Shown here: one piece after another, positions 1-7,728 of the stretch
Numbering within the stretch: position 1 is the first letter of the stretch
How the letters are laid out: the number at the start of each line of letters is the position of its first letter
Origin: an uncultured archaeon
Lineage (GTDB): Archaea > Micrarchaeota > Micrarchaeia > Micrarchaeales > CABMGC01
Assembly (NCBI GenBank): GCA_963787445.1
Contig: CAWBCT010000009.1
Location: 1-17,354, forward strand
DNA: 17,354 bases
Reading direction: 5' to 3'
Position numbers and translations under genes: made by a program
The notes under the pieces: model-generated
Seen by the model: only the letters and a program-made list of their open reading frames with translations
Told to the model about the DNA's origin: nothing
The model's database searches: none

Positions 1-2
1 TA

Positions 3-395
3 TTATTTTTCTTTGTTGTATGCATTGAAGTAATGCTTTCCGCGGAGTATGAACTGCTGCTCTATCTTCTTAGGCGAGAAGTACCTATTAGTGAACTCCA
101 CCACCTTCTCCCTGCTGTAGGCCTTGCAGCTGTATACGTCTATGCTTATGAAATTCTTCCTTGATAGGGTGTGAATAACTATCGATGAATCTGCGAGAGG
201 CACCCACCCGCTGAGACCAGCCTTGTCTGGGAAGGATTTCCTGTCGGTCCTGAAGATTGAGGGAGGGGCCTGCTTCTTCATGCCTATGAAGTCGACTAGG
301 TTGTCCAGATAGCTGTAGCAGTGGTCGAGCTCGCCGCACACCTCGGGCTTGCAGTCGTAGCAGTCGAGCAGCAGCTCGTAGCCGAACACCCTCAA
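3..395 (-). CDS. speD: S-adenosylmethionine decarboxylase family (pyruvoyl-dependent) proenzyme
   Basis: G-x-E-LLLD N-terminus, GLSGWVPLADSSIVIHT (family G.S...L.ESH...HT) and ISIDVYSCK with the conserved Cys. The start is uncertain: TTG at 395, with an out-of-frame ATG at 421. Confidence 0.8.
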   Translation of the reverse strand: MRVFGYELLLDCYDCKPEVCGELDHCYSYLDNLVDFIGMKKQAPPSIFRTDRKSFPDKAGLSGWVPLADSSIVIHTLSRKNFISIDVYSCKAYSREKVVEFTNRYFSPKKIEQQFILRGKHYFNAYNKEK

Positions 396-477
396 CTGCT
401 TAGCTTTCTTGGCCGTGCCATCACAGAAAGAATAGAGAGCCCTAAACTTAAATAGCTTGGGCTTTCCTTTCGGATCC

Positions 478-699
478 CTAACCCAATATTTCTATTACCT
501 TGTCCCTGCTAGTGGTGCCTTTTATTATCTTTATGTTCGCCTTTTTCACATTGAAATGTGATGAGAGGGTGGCGATAACGGCAATGTTTGCTCGACCCTC
601 CATCGCTTTTTCTCTAATTTTGAGTTTGTAGCTTACAGGGGTCAGCTTCTCCAGCGTTTCGACTTTGGAATTGGGAACTACTCTTAAGTTTATTATCAT
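478..699 (-). CDS. DUF167/YggU family protein
   Basis: RVVPNS...EKAMEGRANIAVIATLS.HF.V....I.II.G.TSRDK matches the DUF167 pattern; 73 aa. Confidence 0.9.
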   Translation of the reverse strand: MIINLRVVPNSKVETLEKLTPVSYKLKIREKAMEGRANIAVIATLSSHFNVKKANIKIIKGTTSRDKVIEILG

Positions 700-753
700 C
701 TCAGCATCTTGTGTGTAGTTTTACTAAACTTTAAGACCTGCAAGAGATATAAG

Positions 754-1554
754 TCAAGGAAGCATTTTCTCCCTTCGTATCAGCCTGTCTGAGAGCGCAA
801 GGAGCAGCAGCGCCACGAAGAGTATTATGACTGCCTGGCCAAACTCCACGAGTATCGCAGTGCCAAAGGAGAACACGAATGGGATGAAGTATCCGGGTAT
901 CACTCCGACCAACCCGAGGCTCACGGCAAGCGGCTGGTTGCCTCCGGCCCTGTTCTTCTGAAGTACGCTGAACGTCATCATCATTGTTATGATGAAGGCC
1001 ACCGTTGATACTGCTATAAGCGCGCCGATGCCCAGGATAATCAGCATTATTGGCAGGTAGGTTGTTCCGAAGCTCGCAAAGGAGTACAGCAGGTTCAGAG
1101 CCCCGAAAGTCAGCAAATAAGACGCCGCTATCAACAGGGCGGCCTTCAGGTATCGTGCGTATATGTCACGCTGGCTCATCCCCAACGAGATGAGATACTC
1201 AAGGACACCGTTGTTCTTGTCATAAACGAACAAGATCACCATCGGGGTTGTCAGCATCAGCATCGGCATCACGGTGAACGGGACTGCGAGCAAAGGCAGG
1301 CCCAGGCTGCTGTTGGCGCCTGTCTCGGCGCTCATGATCGCGCCGATATTTACGCCATGGCTTGAAGAGTTTGTAGAGTTTGAAGGGTTTGAAAGGTTGG
1401 TGTAAGTGGGGCTGAGAAAAAGGAGCACTCCGAGCCCTATGATTATCGCTATTGCAATGTAGAACTTATTGATGCCCACGGCCCTCTTTGCAGTGACTAT
1501 TATCTGGTTTTCCTTGAGCTCTACGCCCTTGCCCTCATTTTGTGGTTTTGCCAT
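754..1554 (-). CDS. ABC-2 type transporter permease
   Basis: About 6 hydrophobic segments and YDKNNGVLEYLISLG (EkexGtlE-like motif); start overlaps the stop of the upstream ATPase. Confidence 0.8.
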   Translation of the reverse strand: MAKPQNEGKGVELKENQIIVTAKRAVGINKFYIAIAIIIGLGVLLFLSPTYTNLSNPSNSTNSSSHGVNIGAIMSAETGANSSLGLPLLAVPFTVMPMLMLTTPMVILFVYDKNNGVLEYLISLGMSQRDIYARYLKAALLIAASYLLTFGALNLLYSFASFGTTYLPIMLIILGIGALIAVSTVAFIITMMMTFSVLQKNRAGGNQPLAVSLGLVGVIPGYFIPFVFSFGTAILVEFGQAVIILFVALLLLALSDRLIRREKMLP

Positions 1555-2423
1555 TACTTACCACCATCACCAAACAGTTCCTGAAGGGGATTGTCGAGCT
1601 CCTTCATCTCCGTAACAAGTATGCCCTTTTCAATTATCTTTCTTAGGGCAAGGCCTGCCTCTTCTGGCTTCGATACGTTGAGCACGTAGTAGCCGCTGCT
1701 GTCCTTCTTCGCGTCAACGATCTTCGTGATGTCCTTGGAGGCCTTTATCCCCACTCTATAATCCTTCGACCGGACGTTCGCAATCTTGTCAAACAGAGCC
1801 AGCTTGCCATCCTTTATCAGTATAAGATTCATGCCTATGTCAGTGGCTTCGTAAAGATTGTGCGAAGAGTAAAGTACCAGCTTATCTTTGCTAAGTTTCA
1901 GTATGAGATCCCTTATCTCCTTGGAAAGGCCGGGATCGAGGTTTGCAGTCGGTTCGTCAAGCAGGTAGACGTCCCTGTCCTTGAGGAAGACCTTTGCTAT
2001 GGACACCCTCTTCTTCTGGCCCTGCGAAAGATCTATCACCCTCTTGTCCCGCAGTTCATTGAGGCCTAGCAGATCGATTGCCTTCTCCGGATCTCCCCCT
2101 TCCATCCCGGCATAGAACCTAAGTGCATTATATACTGTCATCTCCTCCGGGAGCGCATTGTAGTGCGAGAGGTAGTTTATGTTGCTTCTAAAATCATTTG
2201 AGGATTTTATGTCCTTTCCATCAAGAAGTATCCTGCCCGAGATGGGCTCCAGTATGCCCGCTATTGTCCTGAAAAGCGTAGTCTTTCCCGCACCGTTAGG
2301 TCCAAGTACAACATATACGGATGATTCCTTTGCAGTGAAGCTGATGTTATGCAATACTGGCTTGCCATTGTAGCCCGAGTCAACGTTATCCAATTCAAGC
2401 GTATGCAAAAAGACACCAGACAC
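1554..2423 (-). CDS. ABC transporter ATP-binding protein (CcmA/multidrug exporter-like)
   Basis: Walker A GPNGAGKTT, signature LSQGQKKR, Walker B LLDEPT, H-loop SSH. The real start may be the TTG at 2408. Confidence 0.95.
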   Translation of the reverse strand: MSGVFLHTLELDNVDSGYNGKPVLHNISFTAKESSVYVVLGPNGAGKTTLFRTIAGILEPISGRILLDGKDIKSSNDFRSNINYLSHYNALPEEMTVYNALRFYAGMEGGDPEKAIDLLGLNELRDKRVIDLSQGQKKRVSIAKVFLKDRDVYLLDEPTANLDPGLSKEIRDLILKLSKDKLVLYSSHNLYEATDIGMNLILIKDGKLALFDKIANVRSKDYRVGIKASKDITKIVDAKKDSSGYYVLNVSKPEEAGLALRKIIEKGILVTEMKELDNPLQELFGDGGK

Positions 2424-2505
2424 GATACATGCTCGTTTAAAGCTTTTAGTTGCATGCTAAAGATGCATGTCTGCCAGCCACGTGATAAATGAGGAGAAGG
2501 TGAAC

Positions 2506-2519
2506 AGTGGACTCGGCGG
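2506..2519 (-). repeat. tRNA-Ala-like 3'-end fragment, copy 1 (putative att remnant)
   Basis: AGTGGACTCGGCGG; the minus strand reads CCGC-CGAGTCC-A-C, i.e. T-stem 3' half, acceptor 3' half with U70, and A73. The 11-bp core is shared with 3331 and 5028. Confidence 0.65.
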
Positions 2520-2615
2520 ACTTCCGTATTTGAGTACGTTGTACTAACACGTGCATAAACGGACAAACACCATTAGAATATAGTTTTCATTCGGGGTACC
2601 ACACAAAAATATATT

Positions 2616-2966
2616 CTATCTGCTTTTATAGCCAAAACGTCTTTCATATTCTTTATGAGAGAACCATTCTAATAGAATGGAAACAATTTCTACATCAGAA
2701 CCTTGAAGAGTATAAATCAAACGCCATCCATTTGGCAAGTCGTATTTCCTAAGGTTTGTAATGGAAAACTGTTGTAAGTATGTCTTAGGCCAGAGTTTAC
2801 TTGGTAACTTTATTCCTATTAGAGGATTTTCCTTTAAGTCGTCTATAGCCCTCTGTATGTAAGATGCCAGTTCCTTCTCTTCGAACTTGCCAGACTTTAA
2901 CTCTAAGAAAGAGTTGTAGAGTGATTGGTCTATAAATACAACTTTCTTTATTCTATCACTTTTCAC
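2616..2966 (-). CDS. RelE/ParE-superfamily toxin-like protein
   Basis: 116 aa with AIDDLKENPLIG...LRKYDLPNGWRLIYT...VSILLEWFSHKEY, typical RelE-fold spacing; GTGA overlap with the upstream small gene. Confidence 0.7.
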   Translation of the reverse strand: MKSDRIKKVVFIDQSLYNSFLELKSGKFEEKELASYIQRAIDDLKENPLIGIKLPSKLWPKTYLQQFSITNLRKYDLPNGWRLIYTLQGSDVEIVSILLEWFSHKEYERRFGYKSR

Positions 2967-3247
2967 ACAATCACGCCTTCCTTCCTTATCTTTTCGGCAA
3001 GTTTAGGGTTCCAGAGCCATGTGATTGTTTTATCCTCTTCGACTATTATCTTGCCTGAATATTCTAGATAATCAAGAATGGTTACAAAGGTAGTCCACAT
3101 AACTTTCTTAGGAAGTAGATGCCATATTTGCGTTATTGTCTTGTCGCTTTTATATTTGTACAGTGCCTTTTCCACCATTAATATGGTGTCCAATCGTGGC
3201 AATCTATCTAAGTTCCTAGGTTTGAATTCCATTAGTTCCTTTTCCAC
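2963..3247 (-). CDS. putative antitoxin / small winged-HTH DNA-binding protein
   Basis: 94 aa; TITQIWHLLPKKVMWTTFVTILDYLEYSGKIIVE resembles a wHTH; translationally coupled upstream of the RelE-like gene. Confidence 0.6.
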   Translation of the reverse strand: MEKELMEFKPRNLDRLPRLDTILMVEKALYKYKSDKTITQIWHLLPKKVMWTTFVTILDYLEYSGKIIVEEDKTITWLWNPKLAEKIRKEGVIV

Positions 3248-3255
3248 TTAATCAA

Positions 3256-3287
3256 CTGATAAATATATCAGATGATAAATATATAAA
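3256..3287 (-). promoter_or_regulatory. TATA box plus candidate autoregulatory operator of the TA operon
   Basis: TTTATATA (minus strand, 3280-3287); direct repeat TGATAAATATAT at 3257-3268 and 3273-3284; palindrome CTGATA-AATA-TATCAG at 3256-3271. Confidence 0.55.
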
Positions 3288-3328
3288 CTTTTGGTTGGAG
3301 AGTCAGAACCGCTTCTTCGTAAAATAAA

Positions 3329-3341
3329 AGTGGACTCGGCG
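3329..3341 (-). repeat. tRNA-Ala-like 3'-end fragment, copy 2 (putative att remnant)
   Basis: AGTGGACTCGGCG, identical to 2506-2518; intergenic. Confidence 0.65.
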
Positions 3342-3563
3342 TATGTATCCAACTGAGTTCACTGTACAAGATTATGGTGGCTTTCTTATGTTAATTTAGC
3401 TTTTAACGAAAGATAAAAAGGCCCTGCAGTAAGACGACGGTTATATATTTGATTTCGGTTTAAGAACATTATGGACTATGGGGCAAAGTTTGAACCAAAA
3501 GGTAACAGAATTATTCATGGTACAGGATTACTTAATTAACATGCCTCTAAAGTTCTTATCAGA

Positions 3564-4892
3564 GTGTTGCCGATGGAGAAGAACAAATTAATCAGTATTC
3601 CAGTAGCAACTGCTGTGGGGCTAGGAGCCATAATCGGCGCAGGGATATTCGTACTTAGCGGCACTACTATAGCATTAGCCGGAGCCGATGCCCTCTTCGC
3701 ATTCGTAATAGTAGGGATTGTGGCTCTGATACTTGCCTTTGAGCTTGGCGAACTCAGCTCCCTCATGCCTAATGAAAAGGGTGCATCATATTCGTACACG
3801 TATAAGGCATTCGGAAGCAGGGTGGGGTTCATAACAGGTATATTCAGGTACCTCAGCCTTGCCATTTCTATCTCCGTGGTCTCGTTGGGTTTCGGGGCCT
3901 ATCTTGCGAGCATTCTTGGAATGTCCGTAAACGCCTATTCGATACCATTCGGAATAGTTCTTATAGGGATACTTTCAGCTGTAAACCTTATTGGAGTTAA
4001 AAAAGCCGCCGAAGCTGATTCAGTCCTTGTTGTGATAAAAATATTGATTCTCTTAATATTCATAGGCTTTGCAATCGTGGTTGCGCTGGCGGATCCATCG
4101 TCTACTGCGTCGCATTTCGCTTTCAGTGCATCCACGGGAAGTCTCAGTGACATCTTCGTGGCAGGCATTGCCATAATCTTCGCCTATTCGGGCTTCCAGT
4201 CCATAGCCAGCATATCTGGAAGGATAAAGGGAGGTGCGACTGGGGCTTCAAAAGCCCTAATCGCGGCTGTGTTGATAAGCTTAGTGCTATACGTGCTGGT
4301 AGTGTTTGGATTGCTGCTGCTTCAACCGGCATCGGCATACACGATCTCGGCAGACCCGTTGACTTCCGCATTGGCCGGCACTAGCTCATCCTCATGGCTT
4401 TTGATCCTTGTAGGCATTGGTGCACTGATAGCGACAGCATCAGCAACACTTGCTTCAATATTGACCGCTTCAAGATCAATCTACCAGATGAGTGCTGATG
4501 GTCTGCTCCCAAAGATACTGATGAAATTCAACAAGGATAAGGGCACTGCAGAAAACGGTGTAATCATATCTGCAGTGATAGGGGTTGCCATGTTATTTGC
4601 AGGAAACATATACATCATAGTCTCCATAGTTACTTTCAGCCTAATGTTCGACTATCTGCTTTTAGGATTTGATATCATTCACTTCAGGAGGCAGGGCCGC
4701 AAACCAAGCTTCAGAATGCCATTCTACCCATACCTGCCGGTGATAGGCGTAATAATTCTGATAATCTTCTTCGTAAGCCTGCCAACTGAGGTGCTTGCGG
4801 TAGGCATAGCGATGACCGTAGCCTTAGTGCTATTATACCAGTTTCTCAGTAGGTCAAAGAGCAAGAATGGCAAATTTGTAAAGCTGTTTTGA
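3564..4892 (+). CDS. APC-family amino acid/polyamine permease
   Basis: GAIIGAGIF (TM1 motif), ELSSLMP..GASYSY, FAYSGFQ, SRSIYQMSADGLLPK, FRMPFYP; about 12 TM segments. The start is probably the ATG at 3573. Confidence 0.93.
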   Translation: MLPMEKNKLISIPVATAVGLGAIIGAGIFVLSGTTIALAGADALFAFVIVGIVALILAFELGELSSLMPNEKGASYSYTYKAFGSRVGFITGIFRYLSLAISISVVSLGFGAYLASILGMSVNAYSIPFGIVLIGILSAVNLIGVKKAAEADSVLVVIKILILLIFIGFAIVVALADPSSTASHFAFSASTGSLSDIFVAGIAIIFAYSGFQSIASISGRIKGGATGASKALIAAVLISLVLYVLVVFGLLLLQPASAYTISADPLTSALAGTSSSSWLLILVGIGALIATASATLASILTASRSIYQMSADGLLPKILMKFNKDKGTAENGVIISAVIGVAMLFAGNIYIIVSIVTFSLMFDYLLLGFDIIHFRRQGRKPSFRMPFYPYLPVIGVIILIIFFVSLPTEVLAVGIAMTVALVLLYQFLSRSKSKNGKFVKLF

Positions 4893-5027
4893 TAACCTTT
4901 CTTTGCTTTCCAAAACCTACGTTTAGTTAGGGATTCAGACTTATTTGGTGATGGACGTGGAGTACATTCGATTATTCTAGATTCATGATAACGGTCAGAC
5001 GACACGTGAGCGTGGGTTCGGGTTCAA

Positions 5028-5041
5028 TGGACTCGGCGGGA
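5028..5041 (-). repeat. tRNA-Ala-like 3'-end fragment, copy 3 (putative att site)
   Basis: TGGACTCGGCGGGA; the minus strand reads TCCCGC-CGAGTCC-A, the longest fit to a tRNA ...AATCCCGCCGAGTCCA end. Confidence 0.7.
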
Positions 5042-5109
5042 GCCCATACCTTCGCTTCTGATTATCAGGATATATAACGATATATATCTATTCTGATAAA
5101 GCATATTAT

Positions 5110-5634
5110 ATGGACTGGGCTTCTTTCCTGAGCGTTCCTATTGCGCTACTCTTATCATTACTGTTGGCCTTTTGCATATCCTTCATGCGGGCAAGAGGGC
5201 AGATTGATCATGATGAAGATAGCCTCCTCTTCTCGAATCTTGTGGCTGTGGCTTCCATCTTCCTGGGCATAGTCCTATTTTTAATGACCTTAGCCGCATC
5301 GAAAGGAGCAACAGCACTCTGCACTCCACAGACAAGCAGCAGTATAACGAACAACAGCATAGTAGCCCAGAACATGAGCGCGAGGATCAGCGGATGCATA
5401 AGTGGTGTGAGTCCTCTGCTTAGTGCATTAGGCGCCAGCGTAGTGATATACATAGCCGCGCTCTTGATGCTATCCGTAATATTCAGGCCCGTGCTTTACT
5501 CTGACTTTGAGAATAAGAGCCCGCGAGAAAAGTTTGCACGTGGGATGATAATATGGAGTATTTCATTTCTCACAGTAATATCTGCGCTGTTCATGATACT
5601 AATTTTTCTGCTTTACATCACTACAGGTGCTTGA
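5110..5634 (+). CDS. hypothetical membrane protein (4 TM)
   Basis: Four hydrophobic stretches with a Ser/Thr/Asn-rich loop containing two Cys; AT-rich TATA-like region upstream. Confidence 0.7.
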   Translation: MDWASFLSVPIALLLSLLLAFCISFMRARGQIDHDEDSLLFSNLVAVASIFLGIVLFLMTLAASKGATALCTPQTSSSITNNSIVAQNMSARISGCISGVSPLLSALGASVVIYIAALLMLSVIFRPVLYSDFENKSPREKFARGMIIWSISFLTVISALFMILIFLLYITTGA

Positions 5635-5661
5635 ACGTACAAGAGTTTATTCTCCAAGAAA

Positions 5662-6461
5662 ATGCAGTTAAGAAGATTTAAGGAATTAGACCTGGCAAGA
5701 AGCGATTTAAGAGCCAGTATCATCTTACATAAAAACAAGCTTTATCCTCAGTCTATATGGTGTTTGGAGCAGGGAATAGAGAAAACCTTCAAGTTCTTTG
5801 GCAATACGATTGCAGGGTTGGATGATAAATATTACGCCAACAAAGTGAGCCATAAGCCAAGCAAGATTTATCGTGAAGTTTATGACAGACTGGCTAAAGC
5901 TGCCAGAGAAAAGGCCAACATGCAGGCTGGGAGTGACGACCTGAAACAAATTGCAGCTTTATTTAGTCGCCTTCAAGAAGAAAGGGCAGATAGTCTTCAG
6001 AGAAAGGCAGACGATTCTACAGCTATGGATCAGCTCGATATAAGCGATGACAGAAGATTAGGGATATTCATAGAGACGTTCTACAAATTCTTTAAACCTT
6101 TTGAGGAGGGAGAAGGTGGCCCAGCCACCTCAAGGAGATGGACAGATTGCACAAAATCGACATGCAACTTCCCGATAAGGATAGAGAGTATGTAAACGGA
6201 GTTCAGAAGGATACTGCCTTGTGGTACATAGTAAATGAGTTCAATGACTACTCTGAATCCCTGGCAGCATTATCCAGGATTGCAGAAGGACCAGCATCTA
6301 AGAGTAGATATATTAAGAATGGAGAATCACCATTGGATTTGTTCAAGAAAGAGACGCCAGTAGTGAGATATACGCCGAACCTTGTGGCAACAACACTGAA
6401 GATTATATTCGACTTGGAAGAGTTAATGAACGCTTATTATAAGTGGGCAGCATTAAAATGA
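5662..6461 (+). pseudogene. HEPN-domain protein, frameshifted near 6105-6137
   Basis: ORF 5662-6195 begins with the HEPN-like ARSDLRASIILHKNKLYPQSIWCLEQGIEKTFK...VSH. Overlapping ORF 6138-6461 (-1 frame) supplies the C-terminal SRY motif. Confidence 0.6.
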
Positions 6462-6471
6462 GTGATTGCGT

Positions 6472-6645
6472 ATGGTAAACTGTATGTTCGGGGACTGCAA
6501 GCAGCGCGGAGAGTTCAGGTTTGAGGTGCCGAGCCATGAGAAGAACGGAGTTTACTGCGAGGGCCATCTCTCCAGCCGATTGAGGCTTGGACTACAGAAG
6601 GACGGGATCCTGGAAGGAGTCTCGATAAAGATTACGGCGCTCTGA
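6472..6645 (+). CDS. small 57-aa putative zinc-binding protein (not in ORF track)
   Basis: Translated by hand: MVNCMFGDCKQRGEFRFEVPSHEKNGVYCEGHLSSRLRLGLQKDGILEGVSIKITAL*; C-x4-C...C-x2-H; GAGTGA SD-like sequence just upstream, 10 nt after the HEPN stop. Confidence 0.65.
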   Translation: MVNCMFGDCKQRGEFRFEVPSHEKNGVYCEGHLSSRLRLGLQKDGILEGVSIKITAL

Positions 6646-7069
6646 CACTTTGCCATGAGTCAAACTTCCTGACGTGCTCCTCTGGCAACGTGAAAGATAA
6701 GGTATATCTAACGTCCGTGTGAGAAACGGTACCGATGTTATATCCTTGTTGCGGCAATATTTCTTCCCTTGATGCGCTCTTTGAGAACTTGATCTGCTTA
6801 GTAGAGATTGAGAGATGGAATGGTCGCTTTGTCCTCAGTTGCTTTGAGTAATATAGCCATATCTCAGTTAATCCCGCGTCGCCATGTACTTTGAAAGCGC
6901 CAGTATACTCCTTAAGTCCTTTCAGTTTAATTACTACATTTATGCTTGTTGCGCTGCCACCAGACGCATGGCCTAAGCGTCTGTTTGATCTGGAATTATA
7001 AGTCAATCGTCTTTTTACCCAACTCTTATAGAGAACGTCCTCCTTTGGTTTCCAACCGAACAGGCCCAT
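6632..7069 (-). CDS. hypothetical basic protein
   Basis: 145 aa, 4 nt downstream of the nuclease gene on the same strand (operon-like). Confidence 0.65.
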   Translation of the reverse strand: MGLFGWKPKEDVLYKSWVKRRLTYNSRSNRRLGHASGGSATSINVVIKLKGLKEYTGAFKVHGDAGLTEIWLYYSKQLRTKRPFHLSISTKQIKFSKSASREEILPQQGYNIGTVSHTDVRYTLSFTLPEEHVRKFDSWQSVRAP

Positions 7070-7073
7070 CGAG

Positions 7074-7724
7074 TCATTCCTCTTTCACAGCGTCTCCCAG
7101 AGCAAGTTTATCAACATTGATTCGGATTGGTCTAAACTCAATCTTACCTTTGTCAATTACTCGTTCTATGGACTTCTGAGTCGGAGTAAGCGATGCACCT
7201 CCAGTCTTTATATCAATGAATGTTATCTTTGTTACATCCCTCTTCAAAAGGCCCTCGAACGCTATGAGGTCTACTGGCTGAGGGCGGATGAAGCAAATAT
7301 CAAAAGGATTGATTCCAGTATATTTTGTTGCGATCATAGGCAACATCTCTCCAAGACGACCGACGTATTGGGATTTCATTGAGCGCAAAGCTCGTGCAGT
7401 GTGTTCATCGTTAACTTTCTTGTTTGCGAGAAATGTGTTACTTTTGAATGATTTGAGCTCGTCTACTTTACGATTGTATTTGTTTGACCAATCCTTATCG
7501 TATGATTCGAGTTTGTACTTCCACTTCTCTCTTTCTTCCTTGACTTTCGTGTTTCCTTTTGCAATTATTTGCGATGCCTTTGTGAGTATATTATCTGGTG
7601 CGTTTTTCAAGTAGAAAGGAGGTGAATCATGTAGGGATATTATCTCTTCGCAGTTTGGGCATAATATATACAGATTTCTTGCCTCTTTCAAACCCTCTAT
7701 GAAGCTATCTGCCGTATTGCCCAT
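7074..7724 (-). CDS. PD-(D/E)XK nuclease related to archaeal Holliday junction resolvase (Endonuc_Holl-like)
   Basis: SMKSQYVGRLGEMLP...NPFDICFIRPQPVDLIAFEGL...ITFIDIKTGGASLTPTQKSI...I.KGKIEF; N-terminal CPNC and a coiled coil. Confidence 0.85.
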   Translation of the reverse strand: MGNTADSFIEGLKEARNLYILCPNCEEIISLHDSPPFYLKNAPDNILTKASQIIAKGNTKVKEEREKWKYKLESYDKDWSNKYNRKVDELKSFKSNTFLANKKVNDEHTARALRSMKSQYVGRLGEMLPMIATKYTGINPFDICFIRPQPVDLIAFEGLLKRDVTKITFIDIKTGGASLTPTQKSIERVIDKGKIEFRPIRINVDKLALGDAVKEE

Positions 7725-7728
7725 TTAA

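Noticed and set aside
3431-5005. GACGAC words at about 3433 and 4998 as inverted copies of the TTGTCGTCGT motif
   Set aside because: Only about 7 bp match, which is expected by chance in 17 kb.
2506-5041. CRISPR array interpretation of the three repeats
   Set aside because: The repeats are only 11-14 bp and are separated by 0.8-1.7 kb of genes; no cas genes are present.
4990-5060. Complete tRNA suggested by GGGTTCGGGTTCAA next to att-like copy 3
   Set aside because: The T-loop-like words are on the opposite strand to the acceptor-end fragment and I could not build a cloverleaf.
6091-6097. TTTAAAC slippery heptamer as a programmed -1 frameshift joining the HEPN halves
   Set aside because: It is not in the required codon phase, and a TGA at 6102-6104 blocks the -1 frame downstream of it.
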